This document shows positions 22,042-32,164 of a stretch of 64,000 bases of DNA, piece after piece. Every line of letters begins with the position of its first letter. Position 1 is the stretch's first letter. The DNA is from Nitrospira japonica (GTDB lineage: Bacteria > Nitrospirota > Thermodesulfovibrionia > Thermodesulfovibrionales > SM23-35). The stretch is from the NCBI GenBank assembly GCA_020725385.1, contig DYFC01000054.1, forward strand, positions 138-64,137, given 5' to 3'. The notes below the pieces were generated by a model. That model was given only the letters and a program-made list of their open reading frames with translations. It ran no database searches and was not told the DNA's origin. Both the position numbers and the translations under genes were made by a program.

Positions 22042-24681
22042 GTGAAACTTTATCTTATTGACGGAAATTCTTATGTTTACAGGGCATATTATGCCATCAG
22101 GGAGCTCTCAAATTCTAAAGGCTTTCCAACAAATGCTATTTTTGGCTTTACAAATATGCTCCTTAAAATTATTCGTGAAAAAAAGCCCGATGAAATAGCC
22201 ATTTCATTTGATTCGCCTGTTCCAACTGAAAGACACAGACTTTTCATTGAATATAAAGCAAACAGACCCGAGGCTCCTTCAGATCTCATTCAACAGTTAC
22301 CCCACATTAGAAGAATTATCTCAGCTTTGAAAATAAAGACTTTTGAAATTCCAGGATATGAAGCTGATGATATAATCGGTACTATTGCAAAAAAAGCAGC
22401 AACTTCTGGCAAAGAGGTTTACATAGTTACAGGGGATAAAGACATGCTTCAGCTTGTTGACGATAGAATCAAAATATACGACCCAATGAAAGACAGAGTA
22501 CTTGACAGGTCATATACTATTGAACGTTATGGTGTACCACCAGAAAGAGTCCCGGAATTTATGGCGCTTACCGGTGATGCAATTGACAATATACCGGGAG
22601 TTAAGGGGATTGGCGAAAAAACAGCAAAAGAACTGCTTCAACAATTTAGAAGCCTTGAAGAGCTTTTAAAATATCCGGAAAAGATCAGGAAAGAAAAAAT
22701 AAGGAAATTAATCTCCGAAAATAATAATATTATTACTCTGAGTTTGCAGCTTGCTACCATTGATACATCTGTTCCTGTTGTAGATGATTTGAAAGACCTA
22801 AATCTTCCGGAACCTGATTGGGATTCACTAAGAAATCTTTTTGTTGAATTTGAATTTAGCAGTCTCATGAAACTCATACCTTCAAAAACAGATTCAATTA
22901 ATTATGAGGTTATACTTGAAATAGAAAAATTTCATGAATTAATACCAAAATTAAAAAATGGTTTTGCTATTGATATAGAAGCTACAGATAGGAACCCGGT
23001 TTCAGCAGATATTGTCGGGATTGCCCTTTGTTTTAGTAAAGACAAAGGATTTTATGTCCCTATCGGGCATTTGTATCCGGAAGTGCCGGAACAGTTAGAT
23101 AAAAAATCAGTTTTTGAAATTCTAAGCCCTTTGCTTACAGATAAAGAAATACCAAAAACAGGACATAATCTTAAATATGACATTGAAATCTTACAAAAAG
23201 AAGGCATAAATACGGAAGGTATTTTATATGATACCATGCTGGCTTCTTATCTGCTTAATCCTAATAAACCAGGACATAATCTTGAAGATACCGCAAATCT
23301 ATATCTTTCAAAACAGAAAAAACCTTTTACAGAAGTGCTCGGAAATAAAAAATCATTCGCAGAAATACCTCTGGATGAGGCAGCTTCTTATGCATGTAAT
23401 GATGCTTTATTAAGCTTTGAACTTAAAGAAATACTTTTTGAAGAAGTACGCAAACAGGATATCGAATCTTTATATGTAACCATTGAAATGCCTTTGATCA
23501 AAGTTCTTGCTGCTATGGAAATAACAGGCGTTAAGATTAACCCCGTTATATTTAAAAGATTTTCAAAAGAAATTGAATCAGAAATGGAGGCTATAAAAAG
23601 AAGAATATATTTTATTGCAGGAGAGGAGTTTAATATAAATTCTCCGAAACAACTAAGTAAGATATTATTTGAAAATCTTGGACTTCAGCCCGGCAAAAAG
23701 AAAAAAACCGGCTATTCAACAGAAATGAGTGTACTCGAGGAGCTTGCTAATTACCATGAGCTACCGCGTGAAATTCTTAACTATCGTAGCCTGAGTAAAT
23801 TAAAGACTACTTATATAGATGTTCTTCCTGCACTTATTAATCCGAATACAGGCAGAGTTCATACTTCATTTAACCAGACAGTTACTGCCACAGGCAGATT
23901 AAGCAGTAGCGAGCCAAATCTTCAAAATATTCCTGTTAAAGGAGATTGGGGGAAAAGAATCAGGGAAGCTTTTATTTCAGAAGGAGAAAATCTTCTTATT
24001 TCAGCAGATTATTCTCAGGTTGAATTAAGAATTCTTGCACATTTAAGCGGAGATGAAGGTTTAATTAATGCATTTAAAGAGAACATTGATATTCATGCAA
24101 GAACAGCGTCGGAGATATTGAATATGCCAATTGAGAAAATAACTCCTGATGCACGTAGAATTGCAAAAACAGTTAATTTTGGAATTATTTATGGTATATC
24201 TCCATTCGGATTATCACAATCTCTCGGAATATCAACAGAAGAGGCAAGAGATTATATCGAGAAATATTTCAATAGACATCCGGGAGTAAAGATCTATATG
24301 GATAATTGTATAAGTGATGCAAGATGCAATGGCTATGTCTCGACTCTTTTTGGTAGAAAGAGAGCTATCCCTGAAATTTTTAGCACAAACAACAGCGTCA
24401 GGCAACAGGGTGAAAGACTCGCGATAAACACACCTGTTCAGGGAACTGCCGCGGATATTATAAAACTCGCCATGATAAAAATTTATGACAAATTTAATAG
24501 AGAAAAATTTAAAACAAAAATGATTTTACAGGTACACGATGAACTTTTGTTTGAATCACCTCCTGATGAATTAAATACAGTTATTGACATTATTAAAGAA
24601 GAAATGGAAAATGTTGTAAGTTTAAATGTACCGCTCATTGTTGATATTCATACCGGTAAAAACTGGGCAGAAGCACACTGA
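22042..24681 (+). CDS. polA: DNA polymerase I
   Basis: 5'-3' exo (EADD, DNIPGV), DYSQVELR, QVHDEL. Confidence 0.98.
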   Translation: MKLYLIDGNSYVYRAYYAIRELSNSKGFPTNAIFGFTNMLLKIIREKKPDEIAISFDSPVPTERHRLFIEYKANRPEAPSDLIQQLPHIRRIISALKIKTFEIPGYEADDIIGTIAKKAATSGKEVYIVTGDKDMLQLVDDRIKIYDPMKDRVLDRSYTIERYGVPPERVPEFMALTGDAIDNIPGVKGIGEKTAKELLQQFRSLEELLKYPEKIRKEKIRKLISENNNIITLSLQLATIDTSVPVVDDLKDLNLPEPDWDSLRNLFVEFEFSSLMKLIPSKTDSINYEVILEIEKFHELIPKLKNGFAIDIEATDRNPVSADIVGIALCFSKDKGFYVPIGHLYPEVPEQLDKKSVFEILSPLLTDKEIPKTGHNLKYDIEILQKEGINTEGILYDTMLASYLLNPNKPGHNLEDTANLYLSKQKKPFTEVLGNKKSFAEIPLDEAASYACNDALLSFELKEILFEEVRKQDIESLYVTIEMPLIKVLAAMEITGVKINPVIFKRFSKEIESEMEAIKRRIYFIAGEEFNINSPKQLSKILFENLGLQPGKKKKTGYSTEMSVLEELANYHELPREILNYRSLSKLKTTYIDVLPALINPNTGRVHTSFNQTVTATGRLSSSEPNLQNIPVKGDWGKRIREAFISEGENLLISADYSQVELRILAHLSGDEGLINAFKENIDIHARTASEILNMPIEKITPDARRIAKTVNFGIIYGISPFGLSQSLGISTEEARDYIEKYFNRHPGVKIYMDNCISDARCNGYVSTLFGRKRAIPEIFSTNNSVRQQGERLAINTPVQGTAADIIKLAMIKIYDKFNREKFKTKMILQVHDELLFESPPDELNTVIDIIKEEMENVVSLNVPLIVDIHTGKNWAEAH

Positions 24682-24754
24682 AATTTATTATTAATTGAAA
24701 AATTTTTTAAATTTAAAATTAAGGAATACTTAACTTAAATAAGGGGGATTTATA

Positions 24755-27700
24755 ATGCCAAGAAGAGAAGACATTGAAAAAGTACTTATAATAGGTTCGG
24801 GACCTATTGTTATCGGTCAGGCATGTGAGTTTGATTATTCAGGAACTCAAGCCTGTAAAGCGCTAAGAGGTCTTGGATATAAAATAGTTTTGGTTAATTC
24901 CAATCCAGCGACAATAATGACTGATCCGGGAATGGCTGATATAACTTATCTTGAACCATTAACAGTTGATTCACTTGAAAAAATTATTGCAAAAGAAAGA
25001 CCCGATGCAGTCCTTCCCAATTTAGGCGGGCAGACAGGTTTAAACCTGACAGCGGATCTTTATAAAAGGGGGATTTTGCAAAAATATGGAGTTAAGATTA
25101 TAGGAGTTGAGGCAGATGCGATTGAAAGGGGCGAGGATCGAATCGCATTTAAGGAAACCATGAACAAACTCGGTATTCCCATGCCTGAAAGTGAACCTGC
25201 TTTTAGTGTTGAAGAGGCAGAAGAAATTGCATCAAAATTGGGGTATCCTGTTGTTGTGCGTCCTGCCTATACATTGGGAGGTACAGGAGGCGGTCTTGTT
25301 TACAATATCGAAGAACTTAGAACAGTTGCAAGCAGGGGCATCTCTGCAAGTCTTATAGGACAGATTCTTGTTGAAGAATCAGTCCTTGGTTGGGAAGAGC
25401 TTGAACTTGAAGTTGTACGCGATTCAAAGGATCAATGTATTACTGTATGTTTCATCGAAAATGTCGATGCAATGGGAGTGCATACAGGAGATTCTTATTG
25501 CACTGCTCCTATGCTTACGATTGATCCGGAACTTCAAAAGAAGTTACAGAAATATTCTTATGATATTGTCAAAGCAATTAAAGTCATCGGCGGAACCAAT
25601 ATACAATTTGCATATGATCCTAAAACCGGCAGGGTAGTTGTAATTGAAATAAATCCACGAACATCACGTTCTTCTGCACTTGCTTCAAAAGCAACAGGGT
25701 TTCCTATAGCCAGAGTTTCCTCTCAACTTGCTGGTGGCCTTACTCTTGATGAAATTCCATATTGGCGGGCAGGCACGCTCGATAAATATGAACCATGGGG
25801 AGACTATGTTGTTGTTAAATTTTCAAGATGGGCTTTTGAGAAATTTGAAGGTGTTGAAGATAAACTCGGCACCCAAATGAGAGCAGTTGGAGAAGTAATG
25901 AGTATAGGCAAAAATTATAAAGAAGCTTTTCAAAAGTCAATACGTTCTCTTGAAATAGGAAGATATGGACTTGGTTTTGCAAAAGATTTCAATTCAAAGG
26001 CTCTTCCCGAACTTCTTGATATGCTGTCATTTCCATCAAGCGAAAGACAATTTATTATGTACGAAGCATTGCGTAAAGGAGCTGATATTAATGTGCTGTA
26101 TCAGAAGACCCATATTAAGCCCTGGTTCATTAAACAGATGAAAGAACTTGTTGAGCTTGAAGAAAAAATACTTACTTATAAGGGTAAAAAACTTCCTGAT
26201 GAAATTCTAATACAAGCTAAAAAAGATGGTTTTGCCGATAAATATCTTGCAATACTTATAGGTTCATCTGAGAAGGAAATCCGTGAACAGAGAAAATCTC
26301 TCGGACTCGTTCAGGCATGGGAACCTGTTCCGGTAAGCGGGGTAGAAAATGCAGCTTACTATTTTTCAACTTATAATGCAGAAAATAAGGTTCAGGTTAG
26401 CAACAGAAAAAAGATTATGGTAATTGGAGGAGGGCCAAACCGTATCGGTCAGGGAATTGAGTTTGATTATTGTTGTGTACACGCAGCATTTGCTCTAAAG
26501 GAAAAAGGTTATGAAACTATCATGGTAAATTGCAATCCCGAGACTGTTTCAACTGATTATGATACTTCTGATAAGTTATATTTTGAACCCATCACAGTTG
26601 AGGATGTGCTCTCAATATATGAAAATGAAAAACCTGAAGGTGTAATAATTCAGTTTGGTGGACAGACACCTTTAAATATAGCAAGAGAACTTCATGAAGC
26701 AGGGGTGAAAATTCTCGGGACATCAACAGAAACAATTGATTTTGCCGAGGATAGAGATTTATTCAGAAAGATGATGAAAAAACTCGGTATCCCGATGCCT
26801 GAATCAGGAATGGCTAAGACTCTTGAAGAAGCTTTAAAAATAGCGGAAAAGATAGGCTATCCACTTATGGTTAGACCTTCTTTTGTTCTTGGTGGTCGCG
26901 GGATGGAAGTTGTTCACGATGAAGAAATGTTAAGGAGATATGTTACTGCAGCAGTTGAGGTTACTCCTGATAGACCTATTCTGATTGATAAATTTCTTGA
27001 GAATGCTATAGAAACAGAAGCCGATGCTATATCAGACGGGACAGATGCTTTTGTGCCCGCGGTAATGGAGCATATAGAACTTGCGGGCATACATTCAGGT
27101 GATTCAGCATGTGTGATACCTCCAATAAGCATTCCTGCAAAACATCTTGAAACAATATATGAATATACAAGAAAGATTGCTGTTGAATTGAATGTTATTG
27201 GACTAATGAATATTCAGTATGCTATTTCAGATGATATGCTTTATGTCCTGGAAGCTAATCCCCGTGCATCAAGAACAGTACCATTAGTCTCGAAAGTCTG
27301 TAATATACCAATGATAAAGATCGCCATAGAAATCATGCTCGGGAAAAAATTGAAAGATATGAATTTAAGGCAAGGGTTAATAAGGCATTTCGGTGTTAAA
27401 GAAGCAGTATTTCCATTTAATATGTTCCCGGAGGTTGACCCTATTCTTGGACCCGAAATGCGCTCAACAGGAGAAGTGCTCGGCATAGCAGATTCTTTTG
27501 GAATGGCATATTATAAAGCTCTTGAAGCTGCAAACCAGCGTCTTCCTCTGGAAGGAAATGTATTAATTACAGTTTCGGATGAGGATAAAAAAGCATCTTT
27601 ACAGGTTGCAAAACGTTTTGCAAATCTCGGATTTAAAATATATGCAACCCGCGGTACTTATAAATTTCTGAAAGATAACGGGATAAAGGCCGAGCTCATA

Positions 27701-27955
27701 AATAAAATGCATGAAGGAAGACCGAACATTGTTGATGCAATTAAAAATAAGGAAATACACTTAATAATTAATACTCCAAGCGGCAAACTTGGCAAGCATG
27801 ATGATTCATATATACGCAAATCAGCGATTAAATATAAAGTGCCTTACATAACTACTCTTGCTGCAGGCATTGCTGCAAGCCGTGGAATTGAAGCTTATAA
27901 AAACAGAAAAAGTGAGGTTAAATCTTTACAGGAATATCACGCCGATATAATTTAA
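24755..27955 (+). CDS. carB: Carbamoyl-phosphate synthase large subunit, stand-alone paralog 1
   Basis: [10 protein letters not shown], duplicated ATP-grasp domains, MGS domain. Confidence 0.96.
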   Translation: MPRREDIEKVLIIGSGPIVIGQACEFDYSGTQACKALRGLGYKIVLVNSNPATIMTDPGMADITYLEPLTVDSLEKIIAKERPDAVLPNLGGQTGLNLTADLYKRGILQKYGVKIIGVEADAIERGEDRIAFKETMNKLGIPMPESEPAFSVEEAEEIASKLGYPVVVRPAYTLGGTGGGLVYNIEELRTVASRGISASLIGQILVEESVLGWEELELEVVRDSKDQCITVCFIENVDAMGVHTGDSYCTAPMLTIDPELQKKLQKYSYDIVKAIKVIGGTNIQFAYDPKTGRVVVIEINPRTSRSSALASKATGFPIARVSSQLAGGLTLDEIPYWRAGTLDKYEPWGDYVVVKFSRWAFEKFEGVEDKLGTQMRAVGEVMSIGKNYKEAFQKSIRSLEIGRYGLGFAKDFNSKALPELLDMLSFPSSERQFIMYEALRKGADINVLYQKTHIKPWFIKQMKELVELEEKILTYKGKKLPDEILIQAKKDGFADKYLAILIGSSEKEIREQRKSLGLVQAWEPVPVSGVENAAYYFSTYNAENKVQVSNRKKIMVIGGGPNRIGQGIEFDYCCVHAAFALKEKGYETIMVNCNPETVSTDYDTSDKLYFEPITVEDVLSIYENEKPEGVIIQFGGQTPLNIARELHEAGVKILGTSTETIDFAEDRDLFRKMMKKLGIPMPESGMAKTLEEALKIAEKIGYPLMVRPSFVLGGRGMEVVHDEEMLRRYVTAAVEVTPDRPILIDKFLENAIETEADAISDGTDAFVPAVMEHIELAGIHSGDSACVIPPISIPAKHLETIYEYTRKIAVELNVIGLMNIQYAISDDMLYVLEANPRASRTVPLVSKVCNIPMIKIAIEIMLGKKLKDMNLRQGLIRHFGVKEAVFPFNMFPEVDPILGPEMRSTGEVLGIADSFGMAYYKALEAANQRLPLEGNVLITVSDEDKKASLQVAKRFANLGFKIYATRGTYKFLKDNGIKAELINKMHEGRPNIVDAIKNKEIHLIINTPSGKLGKHDDSYIRKSAIKYKVPYITTLAAGIAASRGIEAYKNRKSEVKSLQEYHADII

Positions 27956-27995
27956 CCCTAATTGAAATAATGCATTTTTAAGTTAGCTGGATATA

Positions 27996-29705
27996 TCAAG
28001 AGAAAGCCTGATATAATTCCCTGTAAGACACGTTTCTTTCTATAAGTTCTTCATGTTTCCCGATGTCGGCAATCCTTCCTTTTTCAATCATCAATATCCG
28101 GTCTGCATTTCTTATAGTTGATAAGCGGTGTGCAATGACTATTGTTGTACGCCCTTTCATGAGTTCATCCAGAGCTTTTTGTACAATCGCCTCTGATACC
28201 GAATCAAGAGACGATGTTGCTTCATCAAGAATTAAAATTGGCGGATTTTTTAAAATTGCTCTTGCAATTGCAATTCTTTGGCGTTGTCCGCCTGAAAGCT
28301 TAAGACCCCTTTCACCTATAACAGTGTTATAACCCTCGGGCAATTGCTGGATGAACTCATCTGCATAAGCAAGTTTTGCAACATTTATTATTTCATTTTC
28401 TGTTGCACCCGGTCTTCCAAATGCTATATTCTCGGCTACTGTATCATTAAAAAGAATTATATCCTGACTCACTATAGCGATGAGTTCTCTTAAAGATTGA
28501 AGTTCAATATCATTCAAAGGATAACCATCAAAAAGAATTCTGCCGGATGATGGGACATAAAATCTCGGGATTAAATCAGCGAGTGTCGATTTTCCTACAC
28601 CGCTTTTCCCGACGATCGCTATAATCTCACCGCGTTTAATTTCAAGATTAACATTTATCAGAATAGGAGCAGAATTTTCCGGGAATGTAAAAGAAACATT
28701 TTCAAAGCATATGGAATCTTTGAATCCATCAATTTTCAAGCTCCCCCTATGCTCGTATGGAGAACTTAATACAGTATCGATTCTTTCCAGAGATGCTCTT
28801 GACTCCTGCAGGACACCATAAGCCTCGCCAAGTTTTTTAACAGGAGAAAACATCATATAAACAGCGGCGAGTATTGAAAAAAAGTCTCCGGATGTTATTA
28901 TTCCATTTTTAATCATATAACCTCCGTATCCAAGAGCGAATGCTATGCCAAGACCTGTTACAATATCAATTACAAGTTTTGTAAATTCTTTGAGCTTAAT
29001 TACACGGCTTAATTCCCTGTAATATCTCTGGTTGTCTTTGATGAATTTCAAGCCCATTATATCTTCACGATTGAAGACTTTTATTATTCTTGCACCGTGA
29101 ATGCTTTCATTCAATCTATGTGTCAGAAAAGATAATTTTCTCTGCGCTTCTTTTCTCTTTCTCTTAACACCTTTACCGAATTTTTTTGTGCTGTAAGCAA
29201 GCAAAGGTAAAAGTAGAAGAGTTAAAAGAGTGAGTTCCCACTTCCTATAAAGAGCAATTCCAAGAAGAAAAATTACAGTAGGCACTTCTATTACGAATGT
29301 TTTTATGACTTCTGATATTAATCCGTTCAAGCTCTCAACATCATTCATTACTCTCGATATAATCATGCCCGAGGATTCTCTTTGAAAATGGCTTATAGGC
29401 AGGTATAAGATATGATTGTAAAGCTTGTTTCTGGTATCCCTTACCAGTTTCATCCCAGATGATTTCATTAAATATGTCTGTCCAAAACTTAAAAGTCCTT
29501 TGATAGTAAAAAGTAGGAATACACCTATGGGCAGGAAAATAAAATACTCATATTTTTTTGCAACTATTATTTCATCTACTGCCGGTTTAACAGACCATGC
29601 AATCGCTCCTGTAATTCCCGAAACACAAAGACTTACGATAATTCCAAGAACAATTCTCCGCCAGTAGGGTTTTATAAGTTCAATTAGTCTTTTTATAATT
29701 TGCAT
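27996..29705 (-). CDS. msbA: ABC exporter ATP-binding/permease, MsbA-like
   Basis: TMD + GKSGVGKST, LSGGQRQR, DEATS. Confidence 0.8.
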   Translation of the reverse strand: MQIIKRLIELIKPYWRRIVLGIIVSLCVSGITGAIAWSVKPAVDEIIVAKKYEYFIFLPIGVFLLFTIKGLLSFGQTYLMKSSGMKLVRDTRNKLYNHILYLPISHFQRESSGMIISRVMNDVESLNGLISEVIKTFVIEVPTVIFLLGIALYRKWELTLLTLLLLPLLAYSTKKFGKGVKRKRKEAQRKLSFLTHRLNESIHGARIIKVFNREDIMGLKFIKDNQRYYRELSRVIKLKEFTKLVIDIVTGLGIAFALGYGGYMIKNGIITSGDFFSILAAVYMMFSPVKKLGEAYGVLQESRASLERIDTVLSSPYEHRGSLKIDGFKDSICFENVSFTFPENSAPILINVNLEIKRGEIIAIVGKSGVGKSTLADLIPRFYVPSSGRILFDGYPLNDIELQSLRELIAIVSQDIILFNDTVAENIAFGRPGATENEIINVAKLAYADEFIQQLPEGYNTVIGERGLKLSGGQRQRIAIARAILKNPPILILDEATSSLDSVSEAIVQKALDELMKGRTTIVIAHRLSTIRNADRILMIEKGRIADIGKHEELIERNVSYRELYQAFS

Positions 29706-29755
29706 ATTGATATAAAAATATTTCCATCTTTTCAGAATTTAAAACTGTTTTCGGG

Positions 29756-30505
29756 TCAATAATAACCATCTGTGAGTGTTGCTACTATTGACCCTACCGC
29801 AACCTGGGTTTGCATCTTAACGGGCAGGCGTTTGGTATCATCTGTTATCCAGATAAATATATCCCCCTTTCGGGAAAAAATACCTTCAGACTTTAAAAGT
29901 GGTTTTATTAGTATTGTATCGAAAGTGCCTGCTGGTAATATTAATTTTTCCTTTTTTAAAACCTTAACTTCTACGTCCCAGACTTTCTTGCTGTCAAAAA
30001 TTTTCACATAAACTGACTCTCCTATTGTAAGCGGCAATGTTCTGACATAGTAAAAACTTGATACCGGATCGTATATATACTCCGGAATTTCGTAATCCTT
30101 TTTTTCATTAGTTAAATGATCTATATAAGTTGCTTTTTTCTGATTTACATTAAAAATAACCTCTTTGTTTTTTCTGTGCTTTCCTTCCCGGGTTTTTAAT
30201 CTATAATTCAAAGGAGTTGCCCACTCCTTAGTCCCGGTTTTGGCTATCAAGCTTTCTGCTATATCCTCAACTGTGTAAAAAACAGAAACCCAATCAGCGG
30301 ATCTTGCTGTGGATACAATTTTATATTTCTCACCTTCTTTTGTTATTCCAAGTGTTGCTGTGCCAGCTTTTATTCCGGTCCATGTTAGATCATAAACAAA
30401 TTTTTCAGGTATTCTGAAAGAATCTGCAAAAACATTTATTGAACATAGACTAACCCCTAATACAGTTAGAATGAATGAAATTAATAATTTAGAAATTCTT
30501 TTCAT
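29756..30505 (-). CDS. DUF3108-like exported protein
   Basis: Signal peptide from ATG 30505; E...Y.LTW.GI.AG, DP.S.FY..R, V.V...E...PAGTF, WITDD..RLPV. Confidence 0.75.
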   Translation of the reverse strand: MKRISKLLISFILTVLGVSLCSINVFADSFRIPEKFVYDLTWTGIKAGTATLGITKEGEKYKIVSTARSADWVSVFYTVEDIAESLIAKTGTKEWATPLNYRLKTREGKHRKNKEVIFNVNQKKATYIDHLTNEKKDYEIPEYIYDPVSSFYYVRTLPLTIGESVYVKIFDSKKVWDVEVKVLKKEKLILPAGTFDTILIKPLLKSEGIFSRKGDIFIWITDDTKRLPVKMQTQVAVGSIVATLTDGYY

Positions 30506-30529
30506 ACTATTTTTATGGTATATTATTTC

Positions 30530-31252
30530 ATGATAATAATTCCAGCAATAGATCTTAAAGATGGCAATTGTGTTAGGCTTACTCAAGGTAAAAAAGATGC
30601 ACAAACAGTATATTCGCGAGACCCTGTTGCTACTGCAAAAAAATGGGAATCAAATGGTGCAAAACTTCTACACATAATTGATCTTGATGGGGCGTTTTCA
30701 GGAAACCAGAAAAATCTTGAAGCTATTATAAAAATAAGAAAAGCAATTAAGATTCAGATACAGGTGGGCGGTGGCATAAGAGATATTGGAAATGTTTTGA
30801 ACTTATTTTCTGCAGGTATTAACAGAATCATTATCGGCACAAAAGCTATCGAAGACCCTGAATTTTTAACATATCTATGCAATAAATACCCGGGAAAAAT
30901 TCTAATAGGAATTGACGCAAAAAACGGGATGGTGGCAATTAAAGGCTGGGAGGAAGTTACACAAGTTTCAGCAATAGATTTAGCAAAACGTCTTGAAATG
31001 GTAGGAGCAGCAGGTATAATTTATACTGATATAAGCAGAGACGGGATGATGATAGGCCCTAACATTGAAGCAACCAGAGATATGGTTGAATCAGTTAAAA
31101 TTCCTGTTATTGCATCCGGTGGCATATCAAGTATAGATGACATCAAAAATTTAATGAAGATAAAAAATCTTTGGGGAGTGATTACTGGAAAGGCAATATA
31201 TACAGGTTCACTTGATTTAAAAGAAGCTATCAGAATCGCTGGAGGAAAATAG
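30530..31252 (+). CDS. hisA: ProFAR isomerase
   Basis: IPAIDL..G.CVRL, DLDGA, YTDISRDG. Confidence 0.96.
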   Translation: MIIIPAIDLKDGNCVRLTQGKKDAQTVYSRDPVATAKKWESNGAKLLHIIDLDGAFSGNQKNLEAIIKIRKAIKIQIQVGGGIRDIGNVLNLFSAGINRIIIGTKAIEDPEFLTYLCNKYPGKILIGIDAKNGMVAIKGWEEVTQVSAIDLAKRLEMVGAAGIIYTDISRDGMMIGPNIEATRDMVESVKIPVIASGGISSIDDIKNLMKIKNLWGVITGKAIYTGSLDLKEAIRIAGGK

Positions 31253-31255
31253 AAT

Positions 31256-32122
31256 TTGCTTGCTAAACGAATAATACCCTGTCTTGATGTAAAGGATGGC
31301 AGGGTAGTGAAGGGAATAAGTTTTGTTAATCTTAGAGACGCGGGAGATCCGGTTGAAAACGCAAAATTCTACGACCAGCAGGGAGCCGATGAACTGGTAT
31401 TTCTTGATATAACTGCATCACATGAAAAAAGAAAAATTATACTTGATGTTGTTTCAAGAACTGCTGAAGATGTATTTATGCCATTGACCGTTGGCGGCGG
31501 GATAAAGACACTTGAGGATATAAGAGATTTGTTGAATGCAGGTTGCGATAAAGTTTCAATAAATACAACCGCTGTAAAAGATCCTTATTTTATTAGAAAA
31601 GCAGCAGAGCGTTTTGGTAGCCAATGTATTGTCGTCGCAATAGATGCCAAAAGAGTAAATGCCAGCATTGTCAACGCAAGTACAGAACCATGGTTTGAAC
31701 AACCTGAATTAAAAGAGGTCTGTCTTGATATTTCTGGTTTGAAGTTTCCGGTGGAGGACTGGTACAAAAATGGAGTTTGGGCTATTTCAACACATGGTGG
31801 AAGGCAGATGAAGTTGATAGATGCCGTTAGATGGGCTATGAAAATGGAAGAACTCGGCGCAGGTGAAATTATGCTAACAAGTATGGACAAAGATGGCACA
31901 AAGGATGGATATGACATAGAGCTCACAAAAATAATTTCCGAAGCAACAAAAATACCAATTATTGCTTCGGGAGGAGCTGGAAATCTTGAACATCTCTATG
32001 AAGCTTTTGAATATGGAAAAGCTGATGCTGCACTTGCGGCTTCGATTTTTCATTATAGAGAATATACAATTGGCGAAGCAAAGAAATTTCTTAAAGATAA
32101 AGGAATTCCTGTGCGGTTATAA
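31256..32122 (+). CDS. hisF: Imidazole glycerol phosphate synthase cyclase subunit (with ~35 aa insertion)
   Basis: [30 protein letters not shown]. Confidence 0.96.
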   Translation: MLAKRIIPCLDVKDGRVVKGISFVNLRDAGDPVENAKFYDQQGADELVFLDITASHEKRKIILDVVSRTAEDVFMPLTVGGGIKTLEDIRDLLNAGCDKVSINTTAVKDPYFIRKAAERFGSQCIVVAIDAKRVNASIVNASTEPWFEQPELKEVCLDISGLKFPVEDWYKNGVWAISTHGGRQMKLIDAVRWAMKMEELGAGEIMLTSMDKDGTKDGYDIELTKIISEATKIPIIASGGAGNLEHLYEAFEYGKADAALAASIFHYREYTIGEAKKFLKDKGIPVRL

Positions 32123-32164
32123 ACCCGAAAAATATTGTTGTAATAATGCAGATATTGCGAAATC

